From the NCBI GenBank assembly GCA_951406725.2, contig OX597821.1, forward strand, positions 18,476,001 through 18,540,000: a stretch of 64,000 nucleotides of DNA, read 5' to 3'. A program made the position numbers and the translations under genes. Shown here one piece after another: positions 18,785 through 32,726 of the stretch (position 1 is its first letter; every line of letters starts with the position of its first letter). Under the pieces are notes generated by a model that saw nothing but the letters and a program-made list of their open reading frames with translations, did not search any database and was not told the origin of the DNA. The DNA comes from Octopus vulgaris. Taxonomy: Eukaryota.

Positions 18785-19763
18785 ACAAGGGGAAGTCAAA
18801 AATTATCTGCATTTTCGCCATAATATATCTTTATTATTGTCACATTTCCTTCTGTGCATGTGTGCTTATAGTTGGTACTATTGTGGTCATGTGATCAAAG
18901 TTTGAGCCTGATCGCACCATTTTCCTTTCTGGCTTTACAGTGTAAGTATGGCCATTCCACTAGCAATGTGCACCAAAGAAGAACAAAGGGCAGTGATCCA
19001 ATTTCTCTAGTTGGAAGGTATGTCAGGTGCTGAAAATTTTCCACAATGAGCTCGGCTTCCATAAAGTCTGTGCAAAATGGGTGTCAACAGAGCTTACTGC
19101 AGAGCACAAGTGCAAATGACTTGAGGTCTGCCAACGTTTACTCAATCGCTTCAACAATGAGGGCGAGGAAATTTTGAGCAGAATTATCACAGGAGAAGAA
19201 ACGTGGGTCTGTCATTATGAGACAGAGTGTGGAGTGGAAACATCCTGGCTTGCCAGCAATGAAGAAATTCAAGACTTAGTCTTCCATGGGAAAAGTGATG
19301 CTAACCCTTTTTTGGGACTCAAAAGGGCGTATACTGGAAGACTACCTGGAGAAAGGGTGTATGATCAACAGTGTAAGATACAGTGCTTTGCTAGCCAAGA
19401 AACTGAAGCCAGCAATTTGCACCAAACACCGAAGCCTATTTTCGAAGAAAATTTTTGTTGTTGCATGACAATGCGTGCCCACACATGGCTGCCCAGACTA
19501 CTGAAACCATTAACCAATTGTGCCAAAAGCCTCCGATGAATTTCAGCACCTGCCACACCTTACGACCAGAGAAATTGGATCACTGTGCTTTGTTCTTCTT
19601 TGGTGCACATTGCAAGTAGAGTGGCCATGCTTACACTGTAAAGTCAGAAAGGAAAAAGATAAGGCTCAAACTTTGATCATGAGAGCACAATAATACCATA
19701 GTGTGACAATAATAAAGGTATGTCATGGCGAAAGTGCAGATGATTTTTTTACTTCACCTTCTG
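18785..19763 (+). mobile_element. Mariner (DD34D-type) derivative with the 5' end duplicated in inverted orientation
   Basis: KVCAKWV, IITGEETWV.HY, GKVMLTLFWDSKG, LLHDNA.PH fragments; ~18785-19035 is complementary to ~19540-19763. Confidence 0.85.
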
Positions 19764-19773
19764 TATGTATGTA

Positions 19774-19830
<57 letters not shown>

Positions 19831-19832
<2 letters not shown>

Positions 19833-20132
19833 AGGTGCAATGGCCCAGTGGTTAGGGCAGTGGACTCGCAGTCATAGGATAGCAGTTTCGATTCCCATAC
19901 CAGACGTTGTGAGTGTTTATTGAGTGAAAACACCTAAAGCTCCACAAAGCTCCGGCAAGGGGTGGCGGTGATCCCTGCTGTACACTTTCGCCACAACTTT
20001 TTATCACTCTTTCTTCTGTTGGCCTGCTCGCTTAGCCAGCGGGGTGGCATCATTTGAAAGCTAAAACAATGCGAAGCGCATTGTGACCAGCGATGTGTAG
20101 CAACATCTGATAACCTGGTCGGTCATAGTGAT
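19831..20132 (+). mobile_element. tRNA-type SINE family C, tail variant 1
   Basis: GGAGGTGCAATGGCCCAGTGGTTAGGG (A box) ... GTTTCGATTCC (B box). Confidence 0.8.
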
Positions 20133-20337
20133 ATATAATATATATCAAAGCACCCAGTCCACTCTATAAAATGGTCGGCCTTAGGAAAGGTATCCTGCCC
20201 TAACACCATGCCAAAGCAGACAGTAGAGCTTGGCACAGTCCCCAGGTTTACCAGCACCTGTTAAATTGTCCAACCCATGTCAACATGGAAGATGGATGTT
20301 AAATGATATATATATATATATATATAGATATATATAT

Positions 20338-22190
20338 CATCATCGTTGTTTAATGTCTACTTTCCATGCTGGCATGGGTTGGACGCTTTGACTGAGGACT
20401 GATCTGGCAAAGTTTCTACAGCTGGATGCCCTTCCTAATGCCAACCACTCCAAGAGTGTAGTGGGTGCTTTTACGTGCCACCGGCACAAGGGCCAGTTAG
20501 GCAGTTCTGGCAACAACCACACTCAAAAGGTGTTTTTACATGCTTGCCTGCACGGGAGCCAGTCTGTGAACCTGGCAATGACCACACTCGGATGAGTGCC
20601 AATCAGGCAGTACTGTCATTGGCCACATCAGCGATTTTGATTTGTTTACACTTGCCAAAATAGGTCTTTGCAAGCAAAGTTCATTGTCCAATGAATGATG
20701 GGTACTCATAAGTGGGCTGGTTACACCCAACATTCGGATGTGATTTTAATGTTCCACTGATACAAGTGCCAATCAGGTGGTACTGTCGTCGGCCATGTCA
20801 GCAATTTTGATTTTTGATTTCACTTGCCTCAACAGGTCTTCACAAGCAAATTTTATTGTCCAATGGATGAGAGGTATTCATAAGTAGGCTGGTTACACCC
20901 ACTAGCATAGGCCATGGGCTATGGTCTCACTTGGCTTTTTGAGTCTTCTCAAGCACAGCATATCTCCAAAGGTCTCGGTCACTAGTCATTGCCTTGGTAA
21001 GGCCCAATGTTCGAAGGTAGTGGTTCACCACCTCATCCCAGGTTTTCCTGGGTCTACCTCTTCCACAGGTTCCCTCAACTGCTAGGGTGTGACACTTTTC
21101 CACACAGCTGTCCTCATTCATTCACAACACATGACCATACCAGCGCAGTTGTCTCTCTTGCACACCACATCTGATGCTTCTTAAATTCAACTTTTCTCTC
21201 AGGGTGCTTACACTCTTGTCGTGTATGCACACTGACACTACACATCCAGCAGAGCATACTGGCTTCATTCCTTGCAAGCTTACGCATGTCCTCAGCAGTC
21301 ACGGCCCATGTTTCACTGCCATGTAGCATGGCTGTTTGTACACATGTGCCATACAGTCTACCTTTTACTCTGAGCAAGAGGCCCTTTTTCACCAGCAGAG
21401 GTGGGAGCTCTCTGAACTTTGCCCAAGCTATTCTTATTCTAGCAGCTACACTTTCAGTGCACCCTCATCCGCTACTGACTTGGTCCCCTAGGTAATGGAA
21501 GCTATCAACTACTTCTAGTTTTTACTCCCTGGAATGTGGCGGTAGTTGTTCTCGGCACATTTTCAGTGTTTATTGCTCCTGAGCATTTGCCACATACAAA
21601 ACTATCTTCCCAGTTAGCCTCCCTTTGATATTGCTGCACCTCTTTTGTGTCCATAGCTTACACTGGGTACATCTTATAGAGTTTCTACCTACGCCTTTTC
21701 TACAGATCGAGCAGGGCCATCTACCTGAAGGGATTTGTAGTTTGTCTGCCTTCCTACTTATTAAGATTTTAGTTTTAGCTAGGTTGACTTTAAGGCCCTT
21801 TGATTCTAATCTTTGCTTCCACACCTGAAACTTTTCTTCTAGTTCTGATAGTGACTCAGCTATTACAGCAAGGTCATCAGCATAGAGGAGCTCTCAGGGG
21901 CATCTTGTCTCGAATTCCTCTGTTATTGCCTGGAGGACTATGATGAATAAGAGGGGGCTGAGGACTGATCCTTGGTGGACCCCTACCCTTACTCAGAATT
22001 CTTCACTCTACTTGTTGCCAACCCTCACATTACTGACAGCATCCCTGTACATGGCTTGCACAGCTCTCACTAACCATTCATCTATCCCTAGTTTCCTCAT
22101 TGTCTATCAGATAAGGGATCGGGGGACCCTGTCAAGGCTTTCTCCATGTCAACAAAAGCCAGGTTTATCTTTGGCTAGGTATTTCTCTTG
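20338..22190 (-). mobile_element. Second RTE LINE copy, frameshifted
   Basis: [30 protein letters not shown], the same Cys/His finger, GRGRPRKTW; (ATG)n tail. Confidence 0.9.
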
Positions 22191-22192
22191 CA

Positions 22193-22251
<59 letters not shown>

Positions 22252-22292
22252 TCCACATACATACATATACATACATACATAACTACATACAT

Positions 22293-22646
22293 ATGGTTAT
22301 ATGGTTAGGAAACTGAGTTTGCAGCCATGTGATTTTGAGTTGTCTCAAATCACAGTATCTTGGGCCTAGTGTCTTCTACAATAGCCATAATGAGATCAAT
22401 GAATTGTGAGTAAATTTGGGAAATGAATATTTTCTGGAAGTCCATCGTATATGTGTGTGTCCCACCCACTACTTGAGAAATGGTGTTGGTTTGTTTATGT
22501 CCCAATCATTTAGTAGTTCCCCACAAGACACCAACAGAATAATTCCCATACATAAAAAAAGAAAAGTACTGTGCTCAAATATTTCAACTAAAGCCTTCAA
22601 GGCAGTAAGTACCCCAGCATGGATGCAATCTAATGACTGAAACAAA
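22293..22646 (+). mobile_element. SINE family A, old copy
   Basis: Degenerate head and ATGACTGAAAC tail. Confidence 0.6.
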
Positions 22647-22717
22647 ATACATATATATATATAGAAACAGACAGACACACACACACACATACATACATAC
22701 ATATATATATACATACA

Positions 22718-23270
22718 TGGTTGTTGCCCCTCGTTATCGAGTATGGCCATTGAACGAAGCTTAATCAATGTTGTTATCATGCAATGCCTGTGCAAGAAGA
22801 TTTTTTTTTGAAGTGAGGAAAGGCTGTGCACTGAGTCAATCCCACTCACTAAGCAACAGCAGCCGTAATCTGAAAAGAAGAACAAGTCAACATCATCGGT
22901 AACCACTGAGCCGCAGGTTTTATGTCAGAGTTATCCCAGTTACCTGAGTTACCTTCTCTTAGAAGGATTCCCTAACAAAGGCTAGGAGTCCTTCACTCCC
23001 AATGGTTTAACCGCACGATCGGGTATTCAGTCCGATTATTTTTATGTCCCCGTGAATGATACATCCTTAAGACATTTATTGGATGGCCGTTGACTCTCAA
23101 GAGTTCCTCTGCCCTTTGACGGGTTTTATTTTTCATCCTGCAGGGTGTCCAATAAACACCCTCCTCACCAAGCAAGCTTGGTAGGGTTGCCGGTTTAGTC
23201 GCCGACGACCCGACCATGCAACAGGTTGTACTGGGTTACATGTTACCAGTAGCACTCGAAAGTGACCTGA
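22718..23270 (-). mobile_element. Non-coding interspersed repeat, probably RTE-derived non-autonomous element
   Basis: GC-richer island between microsatellites, (CAA)-like 3' end, TAAACCGGCAACC motif; family assignment from memory only. Confidence 0.4.
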
Positions 23271-24122
23271 CATAACATATATGTTATAACATACATACAT
23301 GTATATTTGATATCATTAATTTCCATGTTCGCATGGATGAGACAAGTTTTCATCATGATGCTTTCCTGCTTATCGTGTTCCTCAATCATCTCCCTTGTAA
23401 ATTTTAATCTCCTAAGATATTATCATTTCTCTTTGGTGTCTCTTTGTCTTCCTCATTTAGATGTTCCTTCCGTTCATTAGGATCACTTGGCACTTCTTTA
23501 CTCAACTTCCATCATCCATATGAGTCATATGTCTCTCCTGAAACCATTTCAGTATTCTCTGTTGTTCACTACATCTGATTCTTGTTATATCCAGATATTT
23601 CTATCCCTAGTTCATTTGTTCTCTGACACTCATCCACATTACAGATTACACATCCAGTCAGGCATGCCCAAGAAATTTCTTCCTGATTGTTAAACATTCT
23701 CTGTGTTCACATTTGATTACAGTAATGAAATACCCACATACCATTACTGTGCAACATCAAACTTTAGCACAATAAACATCGGACTATTCTACCTTTCACA
23801 TAGAAAAGATCCTTTTGTTACCATAGTGATGACAGCTCTCTGAATTTTTTCTACCTCATTCTTACTCTGGTTACTTAGCTTATGGAATGTTTACCCCACT
23901 CCCAACACACACAATTGCTAATGAGGTCATCCAGTAATAAAAACCTTCAACTACTTATATAAATTACACCAAGCATTACAATGAACCTGCTTCACTTGAA
24001 CTCTTTCTGTAACTCTTCTATATAAAAGGCAGTCTTGGGCACTTAGGTATCAAAAGGGTTAAGTATTCAAGAATGCATGTGTATATGTGAGCATATATAT
24101 GTGTGTACACACATATATATAT

Positions 24123-24405
24123 ATCATCATCATCATCATCATCATTTAACGTCCGCTTTCCATGCTGGCATGGGTTGGACGGTTCAACTGGGGTTTGGGA
24201 AGCCAGAAGGCTGCACCAGGCCCAGTCTGATCTGGCAGTGTTTCTACGGCTGGATGCCCTTCCTAACGCCAACCACTCCATGAGTGTAGTGGGTGCATTT
24301 TACGTGCCACCGGCACAGGTGCCAGACGAGGCTGGCAGACGGCCACGATCGGATGGTGCTTTTTACGTGCCACCGGCACGGGGACCAGATGAAGCTGGCA
24401 ACAGC
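24123..24405 (-). mobile_element. RTE 3' tail (2 minisatellite units)
   Basis: Near-identical to 13692-13960. Confidence 0.85.
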
Positions 24406-24793
24406 AAACACACACACATATAAGTTATTAGTGAGGGATTACCAATCCATGCAAAATCCTTCAGAAACTCTGTTGGTACAGTGAGCTGATAATAATGTTT
24501 AGATTAGTAAAGAACTCCACATATATTGTAGCAGGGTCCAAGGCAATAGGTCATCACCATTCTGTATTGTAAATCCATGGTTGTGATCTATACTGGTTTT
24601 TACACAGTGATTGACATACAAGATAAGGCATAAATAATGGCCATTATAAACATTTCTTAATTATACTACAACAATAAAAAAAAGTATGTAATGACCTTTA
24701 TTTATGCCTTGTCTTACATTATATATATATATATTTGAGTAGTTGAATGTCGAAAATAAAGGAATTTTGTTAATTTGTCATTCAGCTCCATTC

Positions 24794-24840
<47 letters not shown>

Positions 24841-24999
24841 TATATGTATATACCATCAACAGCATACACTTGCGCACACTGACACAGTAACCAACATTTG
24901 TGCATATGGATGGGTGTGGCAAGGGATATTCCATGAGCTTAGTAACCAGAGTAAGAAGTAAGAATGTGGTAGAAAAGGTTCAGGGACCTGTTACCACTC

Positions 25000-25037
<38 letters not shown>

Positions 25038-25512
25038 ATGTACAGTGCTCAGGTGCACTACAACTAAATCTAAAGTGTATATATAATCAGGTGTAGTTTC
25101 GGCAGATTTCGGAAAGCATGAGGGCCTTAAAGGATGCAGTGTCATGGCAGTCAACAACTGACGCAGGCAGTTTATTCCATGCTTCAGCAACTCTGAGCTT
25201 CAAAAGATGTTTCCGAAAGTCATGGGAGCTGTGTTGTTTTCTGACTTTGTAGGCATGTCCACGTGTGTTAGACACATGGAGATCAAAAAGGTGTTCAGTG
25301 TTGTTGTTGGTGAGGTGGTTGATAACTTTGTGGGTGTTTACCAAGTCCGTCGCCAGACGCCAGAGCTTCAGTGAATCCATGCCCAGGGAAACAAGGCGCT
25401 CAGAATATGGTAGGTGTCTGATGGAGGGTATGCGTTTGGTTGCACGTCTCTGGACAGATTCCAGGAGGTCAATGTTCTGAGCAAGAGAGGGGTTCCAAAC
25501 TGATAATGCGAA
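25000..25512 (-). mobile_element. CR1-clade LINE 3' end with (TTA)n tail
   Basis: WNPSLAQNIDLLESVQRRATK..YSERL..LGMDSL, TRGHAYK, RVAEAWNKLP..VV, SFK. Confidence 0.85.
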
Positions 25513-25924
25513 TTATCGTCTTGTAACAATTATCGTCTTGTAACAAAAAGATTCCTTCTATATGAAAGGTAGAACAAAATGATGTTACCACCACATATCA
25601 CAGCTACATCATGCTAACAGCACACTACATCATGCTAACAGCACACACCATGAAACTATGATCCAAGATTCCTTATTCCACCAGCCTGCCTCAGATTCTA
25701 CTATACTTCTTATGTATACACAATTTACATTAAATACACAATACATAATTCCTCCCAACTGTTTTTCAACATACTGAGCTAGGACACTTCCTAGAAGACT
25801 ATGGAGTTCAGTTCAGTCTACTTTCTAGGCTTTCATACATCAAATCTTCTTTAACCCCTTAGTATTCAGATTACTCTGTTAAATGTGCTGCTCATTTTAT
25901 TCAAATTGCTTATATATATATATC

Positions 25925-26140
25925 TATTACAATTAATAAGAGGAATGACCACTAAAGTGGATTCCTATATGCTAGAAATAGACGTCAAATCGCCTTACCA
26001 CAAGAGAGTGTGTTCTCAAGAAAAAACCCAGCAAACGCCAAAATGTAAAAAATACACTCTTTTGTGGGAAGGCGATTTGACGTCTATTTCTAGTGTACAG
26101 GATTCCACTTTAGTGGTTATTCCTCTTATTAATTGTAATA
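25925..26140. repeat. Foldback (~87-bp arms) carrying the TTTGACGTCTATTTCTA-hairpin-CTTATT motif
   Basis: 25925-26011 is complementary to 26054-26140. Confidence 0.8.
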
Positions 26141-26250
26141 TAATTTTTAAATCTTCGGATTTGTTTTTAATATATTAGACCACTGGTTTAAAAATTGATG
26201 TTGATCAGTATTTTAATTTAATTATATATATATATATATATATATAATAT

Positions 26251-27125
26251 ATGAGGTGGTATCAAAAAGTTCCTGAACTAGTTCTCTAGTGCACCAACAG
26301 ATGGCAGTACATGGTTGCATGTACAGTAAGAGCTAGCAGTGACCTTCATGAGGCAGTGTGCCAAATGACAAAACTGTGTTTACTTAGCAAGGTGTTAAAT
26401 TTGTGTTTTTGTGATCATGTGTATGCTGTAGTCTGCCATTTTGTCATGGACAGGAAGTTGGAACAAAGAGCCAATGTGAAATTTTGTGTTGAACTTGGGA
26501 AGTCTGCTACAGAGACATTGAGCATATTTCAGCAAGCTTGCAGCAATGAGGCAATGGGTCGTACGCAATGTTTCAAGTGGCATGAGTGCTTCAAAAATGA
26601 AAGAACGTCCCTGGAAGATGACGAGCGATCTGGAAGACCCGCCACCCCAGGAAATGTATAGGAAATTCCTCAGCTTGTGCATGCGGATTGTCAGAGGACA
26701 CTCTATGACATTGCTGATGTTGTTGGTCAGCCGTATCGGTCTGTGCAGGTAATACTAATATCTGAATTGAACATGTGGTGTGTCTCTGCCAAGTTTGTTC
26801 CCTGCCTGTTGGGCATTGAGCAGAAAGAACATTGCATTGAAGTTTGTCAAGAATCTCTGTCAGTATGCTACTGATGACTCATCCGTCATGTCAAGGTTTA
26901 TCACTGGTACCATGAACTAGGTCTACGGGTATGACCCTGAGATGAAGCAGCAGTTGTCAGCATGGAAGTGTCCATCATCTATCTGCATGACCAAAGAAGG
27001 CACAACAGAGCTGAAGCTCAATCAAGAGCATGCTCATTGTTTTTTTTTTCAACATCCACAGTATTGTGCATCAAAAATTTGTCCCCCAGGGCCAGACTGC
27101 CAATTGAGAGATCTACTGCAACATT
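26251..27125 (+). mobile_element. Mariner relic, 5' half
   Basis: TIR-like TATGAGGTGGTATCAAAAAGT; EQRANVKFCVELGKSATET..KWH..FK..TSLEDDERSGRP; SAKFVP; YGYDPE.KQQ. Confidence 0.85.
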
Positions 27126-27176
27126 ACCTTAGATCACCTTGTCTGATGATACAGAATTCCTAATTTAAAATAATCT

Positions 27177-27411
27177 GAAGGGCGGCGAGCTGGCAGAAAC
27201 GATAGCGTGCCGGGCGAAATGCTTAGCGGTATTTCGTCTGTCGTTACGTTCTGAGTTCAAATTCCGCTGAGGTTGACTTGGCCTTTCATCCTTTCGGGGT
27301 CGATAAATAAAGTACTAGTTTCGCACTGGGGTCGATGTAATCAACATAATCCCTTTGTCTGTCCTTGTTTGTCCCTTCTACGTTTAGCCCCTTGTGGACA
27401 ATAAAGAAATA
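27177..27411 (+). mobile_element. SINE family B, 11-bp TSD
   Basis: TSD TAAAATAATCT (27166-27176, 27412-27422). Confidence 0.85.
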
Positions 27412-27687
27412 TAAAATAATCTTAAAACCATTCATCAAAATTTAGAGTAATCTAAATTAAAACAGTTTGTCAAAATTTCAATTAAATCTATGTTCCAAAT
27501 GCCAGCTTCATGATGGCAGTTGTTTTACTAAATTCGTCATTATTTTCTTAATTAATTTAAATGAAGGTAGTGCATTTCATTAGAAATATGGTAATGAAAT
27601 GGTTAGACTATTCTGTAATTGCCTGAAGAAGTAAAATAAACAGGAAGGGGTTGAGAACTGTGTTGGATGGAAATTTACTTTCATACT

Positions 27688-28073
27688 GATGGATGGAAGC
27701 ACTCCGTCGGTTACGACGATGAGAGTTCCAGTTGATCCGAATTAACGGAACAGCATACTCGTGAAATTAACGTGTAAGTGGCTGAGCACTCCACAGACAC
27801 GTGTACCCTTAACGTAGTTCTCGGGGATATTCAGCGTGACACAGAGAGTGACAAGGCCGGCCCCTTGAAATACAGGTACAACAGAAACAGGAAGTAAGAG
27901 AGAAAGTTGTGGTGAAAGAGTACAGCAGGGATCACCACCATCCCCTGCCGGAGCCTCGTGGAGCTTTTAGGTGTTTTCGCTCAATAAACACTCACAACGC
28001 CCGGTCTGGGAATCGAAACCGCGATCCTATGACCGCGAGTCCGCTGCCCTAACCACTGGGCCATTGCGCCTCC
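27688..28073 (-). mobile_element. SINE family C, tail variant 2, 11-bp TSD
   Basis: TSD ACTTTCATACT (27677-27687, 28074-28084); same head as 19831. Confidence 0.85.
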
Positions 28074-28899
28074 ACTTTCATACTAAACTCCTTGTAGAAT
28101 CATTTCTAATGCTATCAGTTTTTTTGGGGTTTTTCTTCTTCTTTTTGTTAAATGTACTTTACTCAATTTACGGCAGGTTTTTAGACTTTAGTTTTTAGTG
28201 TTAGAAAGACAATCGTATTTATAATGACAGATTCATTGAAATCATGGAAATCAAAGGAATGTTTATAGATAATGACATTAAATGTTACTGCTGTCATGGT
28301 GACAGTTTGTTGAACTTAAAAGCTATATATCACCACATATGTGTGTGTGTGTGTGTGTGTTGGATAAGTATGATTGAATAAGCTTCACTGGAAGATAGTG
28401 TCTGGTGGACATTCTTTCACAGCTGGCAGCAATGGTTTGATTAATGTCCTTGGGTTTTGGTTTTACAGGTCAGATGATGCTTACTGTCTTTTGCAATATC
28501 ACTAGGTGCTCTTCTTAGCATCATTCACTTTACTAGGTATTCTTTCATCATCAGTTTAACATCCACTTTTTCATGCTCACATGGTTTGGAAGAAATTTTC
28601 TTTGAGATGGATACTCTATGTTTGGATGCCCTTCTTGTGACCATCCCTCACCTGTCTCCAAGCAAGGTAATATTCCCACATGATCAGACATGTTTTCACA
28701 GAAAATTGGAAATGAAGATCACTGATGATGGTGACACTCTTTTACAGCTATCACATGGTATCAAGGCAAGGAGACAGTAATATACTTGCATATTTATTCA
28801 TAGTTCTGGATTGAGTTCCTCTACTATAGCCTGAGGCTAACCAAAACCTCGTGAGTGAATTTGGCAAATGGATACTGAAAGAGCATATATACATATATA

Positions 28900-30670
28900 T
28901 CGGGTCATTAAGAATGAAATGTCCAATTTTCTTATGCACCAAGTTTGGCAGTAGGTTAACTCTAATGGTTTATCTTGACAATTCTTTGTTTTACAACATT
29001 GGTCCGTTGCCAGCTTCGCCTGGCCCCCATGCCGAAAGCACCATCCGCTCGTGTCCATCACCCGCCTCGCTTGGCCCCCGTGCTAGTGGCATGTAAAAGC
29101 ACCATCCGTTCGTGTTCGTTGCCAGCCTCGCCTGGCCCTCATGCCGAAAGCACCATCCGCTCGTGTCCGTCGCCAGCCTCGTTTGGTCCCCGTGCCGGTG
29201 GCACGTAAAAGCACCATCCGTTCATGTTCGTTGCCAGCCTCGCCTGGCCCCCATGATGGTGGCACGTAAAAAGCACCATCCGTCCGTGGCCGTTTGCCAG
29301 CTCCGTCTGGCACCTGTGCAGGTGGCACGTAAAAAGCACCCACTACACTCACGGAGTGGTTGGCGTTAGGAAGGGCATCCAGCCGTAGAAACACTGCCAG
29401 ATCAGACTGGGCCTGATGCAGCCTTCTGGCTTCACAGACCCCAGTTGAACCGTCCAACCCATGCTAGCATGGAAAGTGGACGCTAAATGGTGATGATGAT
29501 GATGATAATGAAGAGTTACATCATCACTTTTTGAAATGCAATTCATGGTGTCCGATTACATTGTGAGTTTGCTCTTGTAAATCAATTTTTGTGAACCCAT
29601 TCATGTTGTTTATGAATATGAGTTCCATCATGGAGCCAATGCATCCCAGATAGCGCTTGAAACATCAATGAGGTGTTTCATGAAGATGTGGTGAATGAGC
29701 ATACTGTACGTTGATAGCTTAAGTTTTGGTCTGGTGACTTTACTCTTGAAAATCATCCCTGTGGCAGACCTGAGACCAAGGAGATGAGCTAGAACATGTA
29801 GTGGAAGCGGAAACACCTCAAACTATGTGTAACTTAGCAGTAAGGTTTGATATTTTGATTCCAACTATATTGGACCATCTGAAATAAATCGGCACAATAA
29901 AGAAGCTGGATAAGTGGGTACCACAGGAATTGAACAAGCATTAAATGACACATCGTCTTGAAACTTGCTGTTCTTTGCTGTCACAGCATAAAAGCGAACC
30001 ATTTTTGCATCGTATAGTTACGTGTGATGAAAAATGGATTCTTTTCAACAATAACAAGAGTTCTGCATGGTAGCTAGATAGAGATGAAGTATCAAAACAC
30101 AATCCAAAAAAGAATATTCACCAAAAAAAGCTAATGATCTCTGTTTGGTGGTCCAGTGCTAGTGTCATCCACAACAGCTTCATGAGACCTGGTAAGTCAA
30201 TTACAGCAGATGTATACATCAACCAGTTGGATGAAATAACGAGGGAGCTTGCAATTAAACAACCGAGATTGGTCAACAGAGATAGGCTAATTCTCTTGCA
30301 AGACAATGCTCAGCCACATGTTGCACAAAGAACGCTACTCATGTTACAAGAACTGAACTTGGAAGTACTTTGTCATTCATCATATTCCCCAGACCTTGCA
30401 CCAACTGACTATCACGGTACCAGGCATTAGACAACTTTTTGGAAGGAAAAAACTTCAAATCTGTAGAAGATGCAAAAACAGACTTTCATGATTTCATCAC
30501 CACTTGCTCTCCAGAATTCTTTGCTGCTGGCATAAATAAATTACTGATAAAATGGCAAAATTGTGTTGATAATTTAGGTGCATACTTTGATTAACTGCAT
30601 TGCTTTTTGTTGAGATAAAATAAAATAAACTCTTAGTTCAAAATCAGACATTCCATTCTTAATGACCTGA
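28900..30670 (+). mobile_element. Near full-length mariner with pseudogenised transposase
   Basis: TIRs TCGGGTCATTAAGAATG and CATTCTTAATGACCTGA; WVPQEL, IVTCDEKW, MISVWWS, LQDNAQPH, YSPDLAPTDYH; several stops. Confidence 0.9.
29002..29510 (+). mobile_element. RTE 3' tail (about 6 minisatellite units) nested in the mariner
   Basis: Reverse complement of the 13692-14200 type sequence. Confidence 0.85.
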
Positions 30671-30835
30671 TATATACACACACACACACACACAAACGTG
30701 TGTGAGTGTGACTTTGCATCTGTGTTTGTCTCCCACCAATACTTGACAACAGGTGTTGGTGTTTACATCCCCATAACTTAGCAGTTTGGCAAAACAAGTA
30801 AAAGATAAAAGATGAAAACATAATATATATATATT

Positions 30836-31161
30836 GGGACCCCCTTCGGTCACGACATTGACCATGGGATTGCACCTAGAATGTTACCCTCCTAGTCACA
30901 AGTCTGGGCAAGGTGGTTCATGGAAGACCAGCAGTCGCCCATGCATACCAGCCTCCCCTCTCCATGCCACCAGTGTTATCCAAAGGAAAGGCAAAGGCCG
31001 ATACAGCTTGGCACCAGTGACGTCGCAACTCATTTCTACAGCTGAGTCAACTGGAGCAACGTGAAATAAAGTGTCTTGCTCAAGAACACAACACGCAGCC
31101 CGGTCCGGGATTCAAGCTTACAACCTCACGATCGTAAGCTCGACGCTCTAACCACTGAGCC
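30836..31161 (-). mobile_element. tRNA-type SINE family D
   Basis: GGCTCAGTGGTTAGAGCGTC head, GTGTTCTTGAGCAAGACACTT core; related copies at ~18640-18760 and ~59940-60220. Confidence 0.75.
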
Positions 31162-32139
31162 ATACATATACACACATACATACACATGTGCACAATTGGC
31201 TTCCTTCAGCTTCTGTCTACCAAATCCATTCATAAAGCTTCGGCCAGCCTGGAGCTATAGTAGAAGACATTAACCCAAGGTGTCTAATAGTGGGATTGAA
31301 CCCAAAACTATGTGGTTAGGAAGCAAACTTCTTATCACACAGTTGCAGTTGTCCGTCTTCAGCAGGACTAAAAAGTTCTCTTACCTTTTGTTTCTGCTTA
31401 TTTACCAACTCTTCTCCAGAGTATTCTGTACATTTTATTATACCTCAATCCTTAGTGAGTTTACCTTATACTCTTTGTCCTCACCACTCAACGTCTTCAT
31501 TGGCTTAATTCTTCTTATCACTAATGATCATTCTCTCCTCCATGACTCTTCATTGATACCTATCACTCTCACCATCATCCTTTTCTATTTCCAGCCTTCA
31601 GCTGCTCTCTTTTGCTATTACACACATTTATTGTGACACTACCATGCTCATACTGTTTCTTATCCAATCCCCACAGCAAAAACAAAACAGGTAGCTATTA
31701 CTGTCTCTCTTCTATTACTCACTCACCTACCGATCTCTTCTTTTGATCTCTCTTCTATTCACCAGTTTTATGTTTGCTTTCAAAGAAAAAGGGAGAAAAC
31801 ATAGAGTAAATTAAAGACTTCAGTATGCTCTGTTATGTGGTTTTTGAGTGAAGTAAGACATCATTTTGAGAACATGACAAACTCTCAAGTGCTGGTACAA
31901 TGAAATTCATACCATACACATACTCTGCATATTGTTTTGCATGAGGAAAAGCATACAACCATAGAAGCCATGTCAAAAATGAAATATGCAGTGAGACATG
32001 ATTTTCCTTGGACTACTATGATAATCCATCTAACCTAAGCCAGAATGGAAAGCAGACATATGATAAAGAGGACAATGATACATATACACACAGACACATG
32101 CATACATAAATATGTACCCATACACATTTGTATATGGCA

Positions 32140-32480
32140 GATAAATTGATCATGCTGGTAGGATAATAAATCTGCCAGGGCTCAGCTCTGGGCCCCCTTC
32201 TATTTAACATAGTTCTCAGGCCATAACAAAAGAGTTTGACTAGAGGTCTGTGGTAAGTCCTCTATGCTGATCTTAATTCTTGGAGTTGAATCTCAAGTAG
32301 CATACGAAAAGAAATTCCTGGCATGGAAGCAAAACCTAGTCATGAGAAATCTCAAAGTATACTTAATAAAGACTAGTATTAGTAAAAAGGAAAGAAGACA
32401 AGACCCGGCTACCAACAGGTAAATAACTCTGCTCAATCTGCAGGAAAGGAGTTGGTACAAATTCCATAATTCCATAATGT
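32140..32480 (+). mobile_element. Old RTE RT fragment
   Basis: QGSALGPLLFNIV, LYAD remnants. Confidence 0.6.
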
Positions 32481-32588
32481 GTACAACACGGCCTAAGTGA
32501 AATATATTTCACTTAGGTTTTGTTGATGTAGTTTCCTATACAGGCATGAATGAAATTTTCCCCCAAATAAATTGCATTTCATATTCAA

Positions 32589-32669
32589 AGCTCTGATGAA
32601 GCTAAATGGTGTTATTCAGGTACACATCTATAAGCCCACTGCATTTTATAATAGAAACAGTTGTAAGCT
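32589..32669 (+). ncRNA. Type I hammerhead, partly decayed
   Basis: agcu-CUGAUGA-(54 nt, weak stem II)-GAAA-caguug-UA-agcu. Confidence 0.55.
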
Positions 32670-32726
32670 AATGAAGTTCATAAGATAATCACTTAGTTCT
32701 TTGGCATCTCTCTTTCTGATATATAT

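Noticed and set aside
19831-19905. tRNA genes
   Set aside because: The A/B boxes belong to SINE heads; no full cloverleaf or terminator was found.
23185-23270. Possible HDV-like ribozyme at the 5' end of a repeat (minus)
   Set aside because: Hairpins exist but I could not build a consistent P1/P2/P3/P1.1 double pseudoknot.
25972-25990. AGACGTCAAA and AGAA..GTC likeness to hatchet or hairpin ribozymes
   Set aside because: The other required conserved segments and helices are absent.
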